Assembly (NCBI GenBank): GCA_051294375.1
Contig: CM119263.1
Span: forward strand, 2,979,573-3,043,572
Length of the DNA: 64,000 nt
Origin: Paraspadella gotoi
Lineage: Eukaryota; Animalia; Chaetognatha
Direction: 5' to 3'
In this document: positions 1-22,874 of the stretch, piece after piece
Layout: every line of letters begins with the position of its first letter
Numbering within the stretch: the first letter of the stretch is position 1
Made by a program: the position numbers and the translations under genes
Notes under the pieces: generated by a model
Database searches by the model: none
What the model was told of the DNA's origin: nothing
Seen by the model: the letters and a program-made list of their open reading frames with translations, nothing else

Positions 1-384
1 AAGGGATAAAAGTTTCTCTTTCAAGCCGCAGGTGTCTCGTAAAAGATTCAACCCAGAGTCAACTTTTTCTCGGCCGCGAGGACAACAAGAACGAGAACAA
101 CGACAACAACGACAACAAAAACAACAACAACAACACTAAAAAACTTTGGTCTCGGATGAGGCCTTCGGGATCAAGGTTGGCCTTTGGATGGAACCTTACA
201 AGTTGATGAATTAAAAATCCGGTACCTCGAGGCTTAAGAGAGACAAACTGGTACCAAGCAGTCAGAAAGTCCTTCTGTGACCAAGCACCAAGCACCAAGC
301 ACTCAGCACCCAGCAGCGAAAGAGAAAATGCGTTGGATCCAAGGCGCGGAATAGAATCATTGGCAAAGAGGTCCTCGCTCCGGA

Positions 385-505
385 GCCGCCCTGCATCCCC
401 CAGCGCCAACTTGCATCTTCTTAGCGCCGTCTTTCTCCCCCCAGCGCCACCCTGCATCCCCTGGCGCCGTCCTACATCTCCCAGCAACGCCCTGCATCCC
501 CCGGC
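385..505. repeat. Degenerate ~20-bp tandem repeat (gcgccaccctgcatccccca)
   Basis: About six imperfect units visible. Confidence 0.6.
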
Positions 506-620
506 ACCGCGCTGTGACGCGTCCCTAGCGTCAACTCGCGGTTTTTGTCCACGAGGCGTCGCTCGTTCATCAAGCGGCGCCCGAGGAGACTCCGTTGTTG
601 TAGAGAGAGAGAAAGAGAGA

Positions 621-715
<95 letters not shown>

Positions 716-1006
716 AAGACATTCAGACAGAGAGAGTGAGAGAGACACACACACAGAGAGAGACAGAGTTATCTACAATTATTTACAAATCGAACGAAAA
801 CAAATTCGCCTCAACCAAATATTTCATCTCGATCAGTTTGTTTAACTCGTTTCTCTTCCTCCTCCTCCTCCTCCTCCTCCTCCTCCTCCTCTTCTCCGCC
901 CGGAATTGCCATCTATCTCCCCTTTTCCGGTCGCACACCGGCCACCCGCTTTCCGGCCATTTTTCACGCCGATAATTCTTCCTCCCAGTTTTCTCTCTCT
1001 TTTTAT

Positions 1007-11706
<10,700 letters not shown>

Positions 11707-12177
11707 CTAAAAAAAAAAAGAAAAGTAGTATGAATTAAAGTTAAATTTAAATTAAAGTTAAAATAATGTAAAGTTATTTCGTAAGTATCAGTCCTCGGTT
11801 AAATGAGAAAAACGGTGTTAAAAACTGATGTGATATTGTAGTTAAGTTAAATTAATTTGTTAGTTTCAATCCAATTGAGTTGGTTCCGGCAGCCCGGGAA
11901 ATTTACCGCTTCGCCATTAAACCTAAACATTAGGAATTACTGCTATAATCTCAATTGGAATTATAACATTTTTGCTGTTTTGTAATTTGATAATTCGGCT
12001 CTTTTACCCAAAAATTACTAAAAAGTGAAATTTTTAACTATTTGTCTGTTAGAAAAAACTAAAAATAATCAAACGACAGAGGGTGGGGGAAGGGGAGAAT
12101 ATTAAAATAAGAAGATATATTTCAAACCCAATCCTTTCGAAAAAAAACCTCTCAAAAATCGTTTCCCAGAAAAAAAG

Positions 12178-12374
12178 GGGTTTTTTTTTCCAAAAGTACC
12201 CCGTTTCTGTTTCTTAATTTCTAGTTGAATTTTAATTCTATTATTTAACCTATCCCTATGCCTAACGTAATCGTTATCCCAAAACCCAAAATAGAATCTT
12301 TAACTAACCTTATCGCCTTAACTAACTTAATTCCTAATTCAGAATAAAATGGGGGGTTTTAGTAAAATAAGGCC
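12178..12374. mobile_element. MITE-like element, same family
   Basis: gggttttttttttccaaaagtaccccgtttctgtttcttaa ... aaatggggggttttagtaaaataaggcc; TAACC-rich interior. Confidence 0.6.
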
Positions 12375-12405
12375 GAAAAAGCTGTCCGCGCCTAAAGTTT
12401 CTCAC

Positions 12406-12466
12406 TTTATAGGAGTTTGAGATAAGGAGAAGAAGGGTTCGTTTAAGGGAATGTCTTTTCTCAGGC
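12406..12466 (-). CDS. Candidate upstream MATCAP exon (PEKRHSLKRTLLLLISNSYK)
   Basis: cttcag acceptor and AAA|GTGAGA phase-0 donor compatible with exon 11706; no homology evidence. Confidence 0.35.
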
Positions 12467-13762
12467 CTGAAGGGAGACAAAAAGAGGAGAACGCTTTCGG
12501 CGATAAGAAGAACGAAAACCGTTTAGGACGAACGGAAGAAACGTTATGGTGCATTAATGGGAGATTTGGATGGGAGACGACGACGCTGACGACGACGACG
12601 AGGACGATATGAAGACGACGACGATGGCATAAACGACGACGAAGATGACGACAGTGACGACGACGCAATGGCGATAGCCTCTTTATTTCACATCTTCGTT
12701 CGCTATTATCGAGAATGGTGTCAAAATGACGTCACAATGGCGTCAAATCGACGTCAAAACGGCGTTCAATTTGACGAAATTACTTCCGTTTTTATCGATG
12801 CTCTTTTATTTTAATCGACTCCAAGGAGTGGAGTTTGACGACGGCCACAAACGCTGCTACGACCACAACCAAAGCGTCGCCCACAACATCACCCACAACA
12901 CCCTCAACTATCCTATTTTGCATATTTCTAAAACATGGACCACAACGACCACAGAATCGACCTTTTTTTGACCACAAAGACGATTGCAGGCCAACCTCTT
13001 GTCGATGTCGCTTCTCGCACATCCACCGCCCCCCTTCCTCTTCCTCTTTCTCGTCATCGTTGTTGTCGTTGTTGTTGTAGTCGTCGTCTTCGTCGTCCAC
13101 AAAAACTTTATTCGTTACTTTTAGGTTTCGACTCATTTTTTTTATCATCTTTCTCGATTTTTTAAAAACTCATTTTAAGTCGAAATTAAAAAAAAAATTA
13201 TAGTTCTTATAATTATGTATAATTATGCATCATTATTATAATCTAATCTCACCTTCAATTTCGTTCACTTTAATATCGTTTCGAGTTTATAACTTAGTTT
13301 TGAGTAGACAAAAACTTTCACCAATCCCTATTCTTTTTTCCCGTCCCTTCCTCCTCACCTTAATGGACGCCCCCAAGCGGGGATTATTTTCCTTCCTGAT
13401 ATACGCCCACAACCTACAACCCACGACCCACCCTGCCCAGTGCCCACTGCCCACTGCCCACCTTAATGACCGCCCCCACGTGGAGATTCTCTTCCTTTTC
13501 CTTCCTCTGTTCGACGACGTAATCTTTGGCGGTGTGGTAAGAGAACTTCCTCGCCCCCACCGTAGCCGCAGCCGCAGCCGCCGCCGCAGCCCCTCCAGCC
13601 TTCGCCGCCGCCTTTTTCCCGCCTTCACGCTCCGACATCACCGAGGACATGGCGTCACGCCAGCATCGCTAACACGCCAACCGCGCCATTTTTACGAGTC
13701 CAGTTGGTGGGAAGAGACGGATCGAGAGGGGAAGAGACGGCGGGAACAGACGGAGAGAGAAG

Positions 13763-13835
13763 AGACGGGGATCGATGAGATGGGGATCGATGGGACGGGG
13801 ATCGATGAGACGGGGATCGATGAGACTGGGATCGA
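13763..13835. repeat. 15-bp tandem repeat gacggggatcgatga
   Basis: About five units; reads HRSPS or IDPRL on the minus strand. Confidence 0.8.
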
Positions 13836-14363
13836 ATGGGCGTGGCGCCCTCAACGGCGAATGCGAAATCGAGTTCCGTTCTCTGCATTTTCTGACGATG
13901 ACCTGGAGTGAAGGAGAGTAAAGAGAAGAGGTGAGAAATGAAATAGAGAGCTTTGGACGAAAGTATATAAAGTCCATATTATTACAATTTTAAAACTGAC
14001 GTAGATGGCAAAGAATTTGATGGAAATCTCTTCATAGGAATTTCGTTCGTCGGACGTCGCATCGAAAATTCGGGGTTTTAGTCAGATTAATTTTAGTAGT
14101 AATTATATTTTCGTTTTTTCTTTCCTTTTATTAATAGTGTTCTGAGGTTTTATTCGTATTTGTCTTTTTTTTCGGTATTTTTATTCGATAATTAAGCTAA
14201 TGTATACTACGTTACTATTTATACTACTAAATTAATAATTTTTTGGTCATTCATGAAAGTATAAAATGATTTTTGTAGGTTCGGTTTTCGCAAATTTCGC
14301 GGGCTTCCTTGAAAAAAAAAAGAAGGAGGCCAAACAAACAAATCCAAGGTTTATCTCCACGTA

Positions 14364-14432
<69 letters not shown>

Positions 14433-14864
14433 GGTCAGCCGTTCGCACGCACTTTAAAGGTAGAGAGGGCGGAGATTAGGAAAGAGGGGGGGTGGATGGC
14501 CAAACAGATGGGGGCGTCTAGACCGGATGGACCAATTACCCCGGCTCTCTCTTAGGGCAACTGATTTGATGGGCAGAGATAAAGAATCACGGCTCAAGAG
14601 CAAATCTGGCCGAACACCATGAGAAAACACCACGAAAAGAAAGAGACCACAAGACAATGCAATGGTATAGATAACTCGCGACCGTCTACAATTCGTTAAA
14701 TCCGGATTTTGTTATGAATTTTCTTCTTTTTTGTTTTCGAGGACATTAATAATTTCCGTTTGAAATTAATTTCCAACGATCATGCCTTTAATTTCTGTTT
14801 TGGTTTCCATGGAAGTTAAAGAGAACGAATCAAAATCTTTGTTTCTTCGGAGTCTCGGAGCCAG

Positions 14865-14932
<68 letters not shown>

Positions 14933-15011
14933 AGAGTTTAATGGTTTCTGAGATTTTCAAGTTTCCGCCGGTTTAATTGGATCGTTGCTCAAACAGTTCT
15001 CCTCTCTCTCT

Positions 15012-15053
<42 letters not shown>

Positions 15054-15059
15054 CTCTCT

Positions 15060-15196
15060 CCTCTCTCTCTCCCCCCTCTCTCTCCTCTCCGGTTTTCCTC
15101 TTCCTCTTCCTCCTCCATTGCCTTTGACCTCGGCATTTTCATCTTCTCCGTTTTCTCCAAATCGCATGACTTTCCTATCTTTCTTTCTTTTTCTTC

Positions 15197-15244
<48 letters not shown>

Positions 15245-15459
15245 TTTCTTTTCTTATCGTTCATTCTTCAAATTCTATTGCCAAACTCATTTTCTTTCTT
15301 TTTTTTAAAATCTTGTCTATTCTTTCTTCCTTTTTTTCTCTTACTTTCTATCTTTCTTATTTTTTTTCTTTCTTTAACTTCGTTTCTTTTTTCGTCTTTT
15401 CTATATTTGATTTTTTTTGGATGACTAGATAGCCATAATTGCGAACACAGGGGATAGAA

Positions 15460-15504
<45 letters not shown>

Positions 15505-16327
15505 AGAAGAAGACAGAGAGGAGAGAGAGAGGAGAGACGAGAGAGAGAGAGACAGAGAAGAGAGAGAGAGAGAGCAGAGAGAGAGAGAGAGAGAGAGAAA
15601 CTCGAGCCTGTCCAAGGGCAAAGACAGAGACAGAGACAGAAAAAGTATCTCGCGGAAAAGAAGCTAAGAGTTTCGGCCTTATTTCTAACCGGGCGTTCGG
15701 CGTTCGGCTTTCGCGTTCGGCTTTCCGCGTTCAGCGAATAACAACGATGCGTTCGACTCGGTGGCCAAGGAGAAACAAAGATAATGGGAAGACGACGAGT
15801 AAAGGATATCGAATATCATTTAAATATATATTACTTATTGATTGGAAAGCCAGGTAATTTGGAGTTGACTAACGGAGTGTGAGAGTCTTGAGTGAATCTT
15901 GCAAGGACCCTAGCTATGTCTATATTGTAAGACGGAAGATATTTTATTTATATAAGGAATTATATCATAAAAAAAGATGCAACAGTGTATTCAATTATAA
16001 ATAAAATGTATCGAATTAAATAAAAAATACTGTTTCATCGATCTTAGTGGAAACGGATATCTCCTTTCATTGTAATAGGCTCACGATCGAAGGAAAATAT
16101 TCCGTGTCTACATATTTAGCTATTATGTAGCTATACTGAATACATTACAGGAGGACAGACGGACTGAGACTTCCGTCAGATTGAACTGAAATCTCGATTC
16201 TATTTTGAGCGGAACACAAAGAGATTTTGCTCCTCTGCCTCATCAACAATCTTTCCATTATGTTCCGATTGTTTGCTCAACGTTTGCTTATCTCTCTCTT
16301 TCTTTCTTTTTCTCCTCTCTGTGTCTA

Positions 16328-16360
<33 letters not shown>

Positions 16361-16989
16361 TCTCTCTCTCTGCTCTTCGAAAACAAGTTATTAACTGGCT
16401 AGAGAGAAAGACAACAAATTCTGACCGAACGGAGAAAAGTAACCAGAGTAAAAATAAAAAAAGAATTTAATTAACAAATTCTCAAAGTTAGATGAGAATA
16501 TAATTCATCATCGTTTAAGTTGGCAGCGGCGACGACAGCGTCAGCGTCCATATCAGGCAGCGGCGGCAGCAGCTCGGCGGCAACAGCAGCAGCAGCCAGC
16601 AGTATCTGACGCTATGGTGAATCCAGGGAAGGAGAAGCAGTTTTTTAAAAAGCAACAAATCGAAATCGAAACTTTTTAAATTTTTATCGATCAAGTCGCG
16701 GGCGTCCGATTAACGAACGTGTCCGCCGCCAGGGTTCGATCCGCTGACCCTCGGAAGACCCGGATCCTTTTAAGCCAACCCGGCGTCCCGTCGTCGCTCG
16801 AGTGACGTTGAATCTCTTGGATTCGTCGTAGTAATCCTTGCTGACGGGAACATGGTGTCGTTGAAGGCGCCGTTGGGCTTGCGTTGAAGGCCCGCTGGTG
16901 ACGTCGACGGGCCTCGTTCCCCGTTTGCGAGGGACGATGGTGACGTCCGCGCATCCGTAGAACTNNNNNNNNNNNNNNNNNNNNNNNNN

Positions 16990-17022
<33 letters not shown>

Positions 17023-17131
17023 AGGGTTTTCCTCTTCCTCTTCCTCCTCCCATTGCCCTTTGACCTCCGCATTTTCATCTTCTTCCCGTTTTTCTCCAAA
17101 TCGCATGACTTTCCTATCTTTCTTTCTTTTT

Positions 17132-17207
<76 letters not shown>

Positions 17208-17408
17208 TCATTCTTTCAATCTATTTGCCAAACTCATTTCTTCCTTTTTTTTTAAATCTTGTCTATTTCTTTCTTCCTTTTTTTCTCTTACTTTCTATCT
17301 TTCTATTTTTTTTCTTTCTTTAACTCTCGTTTCTTTTTTCGTCTTTTCTATATTTGATTTTTTTTTGGATGACTAGATAGCCATAATTGCGAACACAGGG
17401 AAATAGAA

Positions 17409-17477
<69 letters not shown>

Positions 17478-18239
17478 AACTCGAGCCTGTCCAAGGGCAA
17501 AGACAGAGACAGAGACAGAAAAGTAGGTCTCGCGGAAAAGAAGCTAAGAGTTTCGGCCTTATTTCTAACCGGGCGTTCGGCGTTCGGCTTTCGCGTTCGG
17601 CTTTCGCGTTCAGCGAATAACAACGATGCGTTCGACTCGGTTGGCCAAGGGAGAACAAGATAATGGGGAAGACGACGAGTAAAGGATATCGGAATATCAT
17701 TTAAATATTATATTACTTTATTGATTGGAAAGCCAGGTAATTTGGGAGTTGACTAACGGGAGTGTGAGAGTCTTGAGTGGAATCTTGCAAGGACCTGCTA
17801 TGTCATTATATTGTAAGACGGGAAAGATATTTTATTTATATAAGGAATTTATATCATAAAAAAACGATGGACAGTGTTATTCGGAACAGTTTGTAGTAAA
17901 ATAAAATGTATCGAATTAAATAAAAAATAACTGTTTCATCGAGTCTTAGTGGAAACGGATATTCGCTTTCCTTTCATTGTAATAGGCTCACGATCGAAGG
18001 AAAAATATTCCGTGTCTACATATTTAGCTATTATGTAGCTATTAACTGAACTACATTACAGGAGGACAGACGGACTGAGACCTTCCGTCAGATTGAACTG
18101 AAATCTCGATTCTATTTGAGCGGAACACCAAAGAGATTTTGCTCCTCTGCCTCATCAACAATCTTTCCATTATGTTCCGATTGTTTGCGTCAACGTTTGC
18201 TTATCTCTCTCTTTCTTTCTTTTTCTCTCTCTGTGTCTA

Positions 18240-18286
<47 letters not shown>

Positions 18287-18875
18287 TCTTTCGAAAACAA
18301 GATTATTAACTGGCTAGAGAGAAAGACAACAAATTCTGACCGAACGGAGAAAAGTACACAGAGTAAAAATAAAAAAAGAATTTAATTACAAATTCTCAAA
18401 GTTTAGATGAGGATATAATTCATCATCGTTTTAGTTGGCAGCGGCGACGACAGCGTCAGCGTCCATATCAGCAGCGGCGGCAGCAGCTCGGCGGCAACAG
18501 CAGCAGCAGCCAGCAGTATCTGACGCTATGGTGAATCCAGGGAAGGAGAAGAGTTTTTTAAAAAGCAACAAATCGAAATCGAAACTTTTTAAATTTTTAT
18601 CGATCAAGTCGCGGGCGTCCGATTAACGAACGTGTCCGCCGCCAGGGTTCGATCCGCTGACCCTCGGAAGACCCGGATCCTTTTAAGCCAACCCGGCGTC
18701 CGTCGTCGCTCGAGTGACGTTGAATCTCTTGGATTCGTCGTAGTAATCCTTGCTGACGGGGAACATGGTGTCGTTGAAGGCGCCGTGGGATTCGTTGAAG
18801 GCCCGCTTGGTGACGTCGACGGGCTCGCGTCCCCGTTTGCGAGGGACGATGGTGACGTCCGCGCATCCGTAGAAC
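15060..18875. repeat. ~1.9-kb tandem duplication (about 15060-16964 vs 16990-18875) across a 25-N gap
   Basis: Same sequence order in both copies (ggttttcctcttcctc..., gatgactagatagccataattgcg..., LPMO 3' end); differences are mostly 1-nt indels. Confidence 0.92.
16770..16964 (-). pseudogene. Partial frameshifted second copy of LPMO exon 5 (FYGCADVTIVPRKRG...DAGLA), most likely an assembly duplicate
   Basis: Near-identical to 18683-18875 but with small indels; truncated by the 25-N gap at 16965-16989. Confidence 0.6.
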
Positions 18876-18939
18876 TTTTCTTGGTTGGGTCCTTGACCCA
18901 GGCCGCAGTCATTGGGAGAGTCACAGCCCCAATCGTTGC
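18683..18939 (-). CDS. AA15 LPMO exon 5 (GNDWGCDSPNDCGLGQGPNQEKFYGCADV... stop)
   Basis: Acceptor gctag|GC; QE.F.GCAD motif; TAA at 18685-18683; within ORF-track 18683..19078. Confidence 0.92.
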
Positions 18940-19717
18940 CTAGCGACAGAGAAATTGGGTGGGGAGGGGTGGTCGGGGTTGAGCGGAGATTAAGGGTTTG
19001 AAAATAAATGTTAAGAAAGTGAAGCGGGAAAAGAAGAAAATAGTATTTAAAACGAAAAAGGGAATAAATATAGGGCAAGATTGCTTAGTTATGAAATGAA
19101 AAGAAAATTTTTCATACTTAATTTTTATACATAATTTTTATGTATAATATTTATTCGTTGTACCAAATTTTGTAAATAAGAAAAAAAACAAATAAAAAGA
19201 CAAAGTTTTTAAAAACTGAAAAAAAAAAGTTTGGAAGAAAATGAGAAAATTGAGGAAAAAACAAAAACAGAAAAAACAAGATGAGAAAATGGGTTTAAAA
19301 CTTGAGACAAAGAAAAAAAAAGTGGAACCGGGAATCGTGGGGGGAAAAACGTCAGTGAAGTAATGACGAGAAAACAGGGAGACAAAACACGAGAAACAAG
19401 GCTGAATGGAGAGAGACTTGGAAAATAGTTTAAATTTAGATTTATATTTATATTTAGATTTAGATTTAGATTTAAATTTGGATTTTGGCTTTAGATTTAG
19501 ATTTTTAAATTTCAATTTAGATTCAACTTTAGATTTAAAGTTAAATTTAAATATAGCCTTAGATTTGTATTTAGATTTAGATTTAAAATCAAAATAAAAT
19601 TAAATGTAGCTTTAGATTTGGATTTAGATTTAGATTTAAATTTAAATATAGCCTTAGATTTGAATTTAGATTTAGATTCAAAATCAATAAATTTAGATTC
19701 GGATTTACAGTTACAGT

Positions 19718-19758
<41 letters not shown>

Positions 19759-20265
19759 TCTCTCTCTCTAACAGAAAAAAAAGTCCGAAAGTCGAACGAA
19801 AACATAAACAAAAGGAAAATCCGAATCTTCGGATCGGTGAGGGGGGGGGGCTAAATGGCGGGGCGTGGCCAGCAAGGCCGGACAGCAATTCCGCCCGCTG
19901 CCCCCGCCGCCGCCGCCGTCGCTCTGCCGCGGCGGACTCAGTCCCCTCAGTTCCAATGAAGCCAAACCGAATCTGACCAGAGTAGAGAAAAATTCCCAGG
20001 GCGAAAACAATAAATAATGGAAGAGGGGCGGAGTGGGGGGGGAGGGCAGAGGGATTAATTGGTGAGAGGGTAAGTGTAAGAGGGTAAGGGCGAAAAAGGA
20101 AAGGAGGCGGAGAAAGTGAAATACATTAAAGCGAAGATGATTATAAAATTAGGAAGTAGAAGTTAAACTGAAAAATTTAATTCAATGAATTTGGAAATTG
20201 ATAGATTAAAAGTCAACAGAGCGTGAAAGCGATCAAAAAGAAAGAAGAAACAAGCGGTGGGGAGT

Positions 20266-20360
<95 letters not shown>

Positions 20361-20505
20361 GAAGGAGGGAAAGGGAGGGAGAGGGAGCGAGATCCAAGAG
20401 AACAGGAGTGAGAATGAGACAAAGAAATCGACAGGAGTGAAATTTAAAGAGAGCGTGAGACAGACTGGCGGGAATGAGATTGAGAGAGTGAGGCAGACTA
20501 AAAAA

Positions 20506-20548
<43 letters not shown>

Positions 20549-21535
20549 CGTAACACACCTCCGTTCATGATCCAACGCATGACGCAATGTTGGCAAACGA
20601 TTCCAGGTGGAAGAATCAACATGATTTCGTGAACGCCCTTCCCTTTCCCGCGCGGAGGCTGAGGCCATCTATTTTCCCTCGGTTCGTAGGGTTTGTCCGG
20701 TCGGTACAATTCGAGGATGTGAGTCTGGAAACATTCCTCCGTCTCGTGGAGCGGATCCAGGCAGAGATCCCATTGGTGCCATCCGCCGTGCTCGACCGTG
20801 ACGCGGATAGAGACGGTGATGATCTGGGGTGTGAGAGAGAGTGAGAGGAAGTGAGAGGATGTGAGAGGAAGTGAGAGGAAGTGAGAGGAAGTGAGAGAGA
20901 GTGAGAGGAAGTGAAAGGAGATGAGAGAGAGTGAGAGGAAGTGAGAGGAAGTGAGAGGAAGTGAGAGGAAGTGATGAAAATGAAAAAAGTCGTGAGATTA
21001 GTGTGAAAAGACCGCGATGGCTAAATAAAGACTAAAAAAATATGAATGTAGATGTGAATTACGGAAATTACAAAAATTATTCTTAGTGACAAGGATTATA
21101 TTTTGACAATATTTTTTACGGATGAAAGGCCAAAAGACAAATTGGGGGAAAGAAAAACGGCCCTATATTCCCATTTCATCTTAAATTCGTGATTATGTTA
21201 ATTTTTATAGTTTAATATTATCTACAAAGTTAGGGTTAGGGATTAGGTCAAGTATTAGTGTGAAGGATTAGGGTTAAATGTTAAGAATAAAGGTTTAGGA
21301 TTATGGTTCAGGATTAGGTTAGGGTTTAGGATTAGGGTTAGAGATTAGGGTTGAGAACATATTAAGGTTAAATTAAGGTTAAAATTAAATTCTAGGATAA
21401 AAGAACAGAAATTGGGCACTCTGGGAAAAGAGAGTCCAGAAAACTCTTGAAAAACGGGAAAACAGTTTTCCTAATTCTTTCTCGCAAAACCGGAAGTGAT
21501 GCGAGAGAGCGACTTTGCAGAGAAAGAAAGAAAAA

Positions 21536-21587
<52 letters not shown>

Positions 21588-21704
21588 ACTTTGCAAAGAA
21601 ACGCCATTTGGATAATTGAAAGAGAAAGTTCCATCAATCGCTGGAACCAGTTAAGCGCTCTCCCAAATCTGTTTTACTCTTGGTCTGTCTCTGACTCTGA
21701 CTCG

Positions 21705-21737
<33 letters not shown>

Positions 21738-22874
21738 CTCTTTCTAACTGTATTACCCGGACAACTGGCCATTCCTATGGTTTTAAAACTCAAAACATCA
21801 TCACAAAAAACAAAACAAGAAAACACAAAAAAAACTAATAACTTGACTTCCATCCAATCGCAATTTTGGTGCGTCGATGCTTGTTTTGTTCAGTTTTTAA
21901 TTTATTTATACCAAAATAACAAACAATTGATTGATCATTGATTCAAATAACCAATCAAGAAACCACTTAAGAAACTAACCAAACATTTATCATTTCCTGT
22001 CAGTGGAAGGACTGTCATTAGCTTTTCCCTGTTTTTATTAAATGTCTTGTCATTTAAATCTAAATTAAATATAAATTAAAATCCTACATATTTACATATG
22101 TACAATTACTATTAATTATATGTCTAATATATTCTAATCTATATTTAGTACTCACGTCGCCTTCCTGAAGGACTTCTCGGTAGCCGGTCTTCCCGTATTT
22201 TCCGTTGAATTCGTTGTCTCTTGGACTTAAAATAAAAATAACATCGCGCTCCCTTATAGTTCATTGATGAAGAAGCCAAGTACACTGGGGTATAAGAACT
22301 TACATACGTACATCTCTAAATCTGAAAGAGAAGTTACTAAAAAATCCCATTTTTCATTCGTAAATCTTGTAATAGCTAATTCGACAATCACAAGATACCC
22401 CGTATTAAAATTGTTGCCAACCAAGTTCAAATCCATTCATCTCCTTAGGTATTAGCCACGCCCTCCCACCAAGCATCCGCCATCTCCCACCAAGCATCCA
22501 CCATCTCCCACCAAGCATCCACAATCCCCAACCAAGCATTCGCCACGCCCACCGACCTGGGATCGCTCAGATTGTCTCCGCAGACCCCGCACTGACTGCG
22601 CGGGAGTCGCGGGCAAATGATTCCGTGATCGTCGTAGTTCGGAATCGCGCCCTCTACCGAGTCCGGGCCGAATTTCCGCCAGAGGGACGATCGTCCGGGC
22701 GGGAATTTCATGTAGGCGTGGCCCGCAGTCTGGCGGAGGTGAAATGAGGGGGAAAGGAGGTTTAATATATATTTTATATATTATATATGTGCATATTTCA
22801 TTTTTATTACGATTTAATTGACTCACTAGACTGACGAATCCAAAGATAAGCGGAAGAAACAGTAAGGCGTTCAT
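18683..22874 (-). CDS. Secreted AA15-family lytic polysaccharide monooxygenase (LPMO_10/chitin-binding type-4 fold), 5 exons, 270 aa
   Basis: Hand-spliced join(22874-22827, 22729-22557, 22225-22156, 20823-20559, 18939-18683) = 813 nt. All introns are GT-AG and phase-compatible. Signal peptide MNALLFLPLIFGFVSLTAG is followed by mature His1: HAYMKFPPGRSSLWR...PNYDD...CGVCGD...PRDNE.NGKYG...VTVEHGGW...CF...LPPGIVCQHCVMRW...GNDWG...CGLGQGPNQEKFYGCADV. This is the AA15 motif order. Confidence 0.93.
19430..19706. repeat. Degenerate (TTTAGA)n hexamer array in LPMO intron 4
   Basis: tttagatttagatttaaatttgga... Confidence 0.85.
20559..20823 (-). CDS. AA15 LPMO exon 4 (IITVSIRVTVEHGGWHQWDLC...LPPGIVCQHCVMRWIMNG)
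   Basis: Acceptor cccag|ATC, donor G|GTGTGT; contains the second brace His (20790-20788) and LP.G..C.HCV..W. Confidence 0.92.
20831..20973. repeat. (GTGAGAGGAA)n 10-bp array abutting the LPMO exon 4 acceptor
   Basis: About fourteen units. Confidence 0.9.
21159..21437. mobile_element. MITE-like element, same family, opposite orientation (in LPMO intron 3)
   Basis: ggccctatattcccatttcatcttaaattc ... ttagggttagg core ... aacagaaattgggcactctgggaaaagagagtcc. Confidence 0.68.
22156..22225 (-). CDS. AA15 LPMO exon 3 (PRDNEFNGKYGKTGYREVLQEGD)
   Basis: Acceptor tttaag|T, donor GAC|GTGAGT; matches the AA15 PR.(H/N)E.GG.YG.G motif; too short for the ORF track. Confidence 0.9.
22455..22550. repeat. 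21-bp tandem repeat ctcccaccaagcatccaccat in LPMO intron 2
   Basis: About four units; produces the spurious DAWWEMV repeats in the ORF track. Confidence 0.8.
22557..22729 (-). CDS. AA15 LPMO exon 2 (TAG/HAYMKFPPGRSSLWR...CGVCGDNLSDP)
   Basis: Acceptor ccgccag|ACT, donor AG|GTCGGT; His1 codon at 22720-22718; overlaps ORF-track 22445..22711. Confidence 0.92.
22827..22874 (-). CDS. AA15 LPMO exon 1 (signal peptide MNALLFLPLIFGFVSL)
   Basis: ATG at 22874, hydrophobic 16 codons, donor CTA|GTGAGT (phase 0). Confidence 0.85.

Noticed and set aside
59-975. Long ORFs 59..754, 333..845 and 625..975
   Set aside because: Largely (AG/CT)n and other low-complexity read-through; no recognisable domain or consistent splice structure
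16684-17211. Second LPMO gene or alternative last exon
   Set aside because: Only part of exon 5, frameshifted, and inside a duplication around a 25-N gap
21230-21390. TTAGGG-like tracts as true telomere or chromosome-fusion relics
   Set aside because: Highly degenerate and always enclosed by the same TIRs, so internal to a MITE-like element
22445-22556. Trp-rich repeat C-terminus (DAWWEMV) in ORF 22445..22711
   Set aside because: Intronic 21-bp repeat beyond the exon 2 donor at 22556
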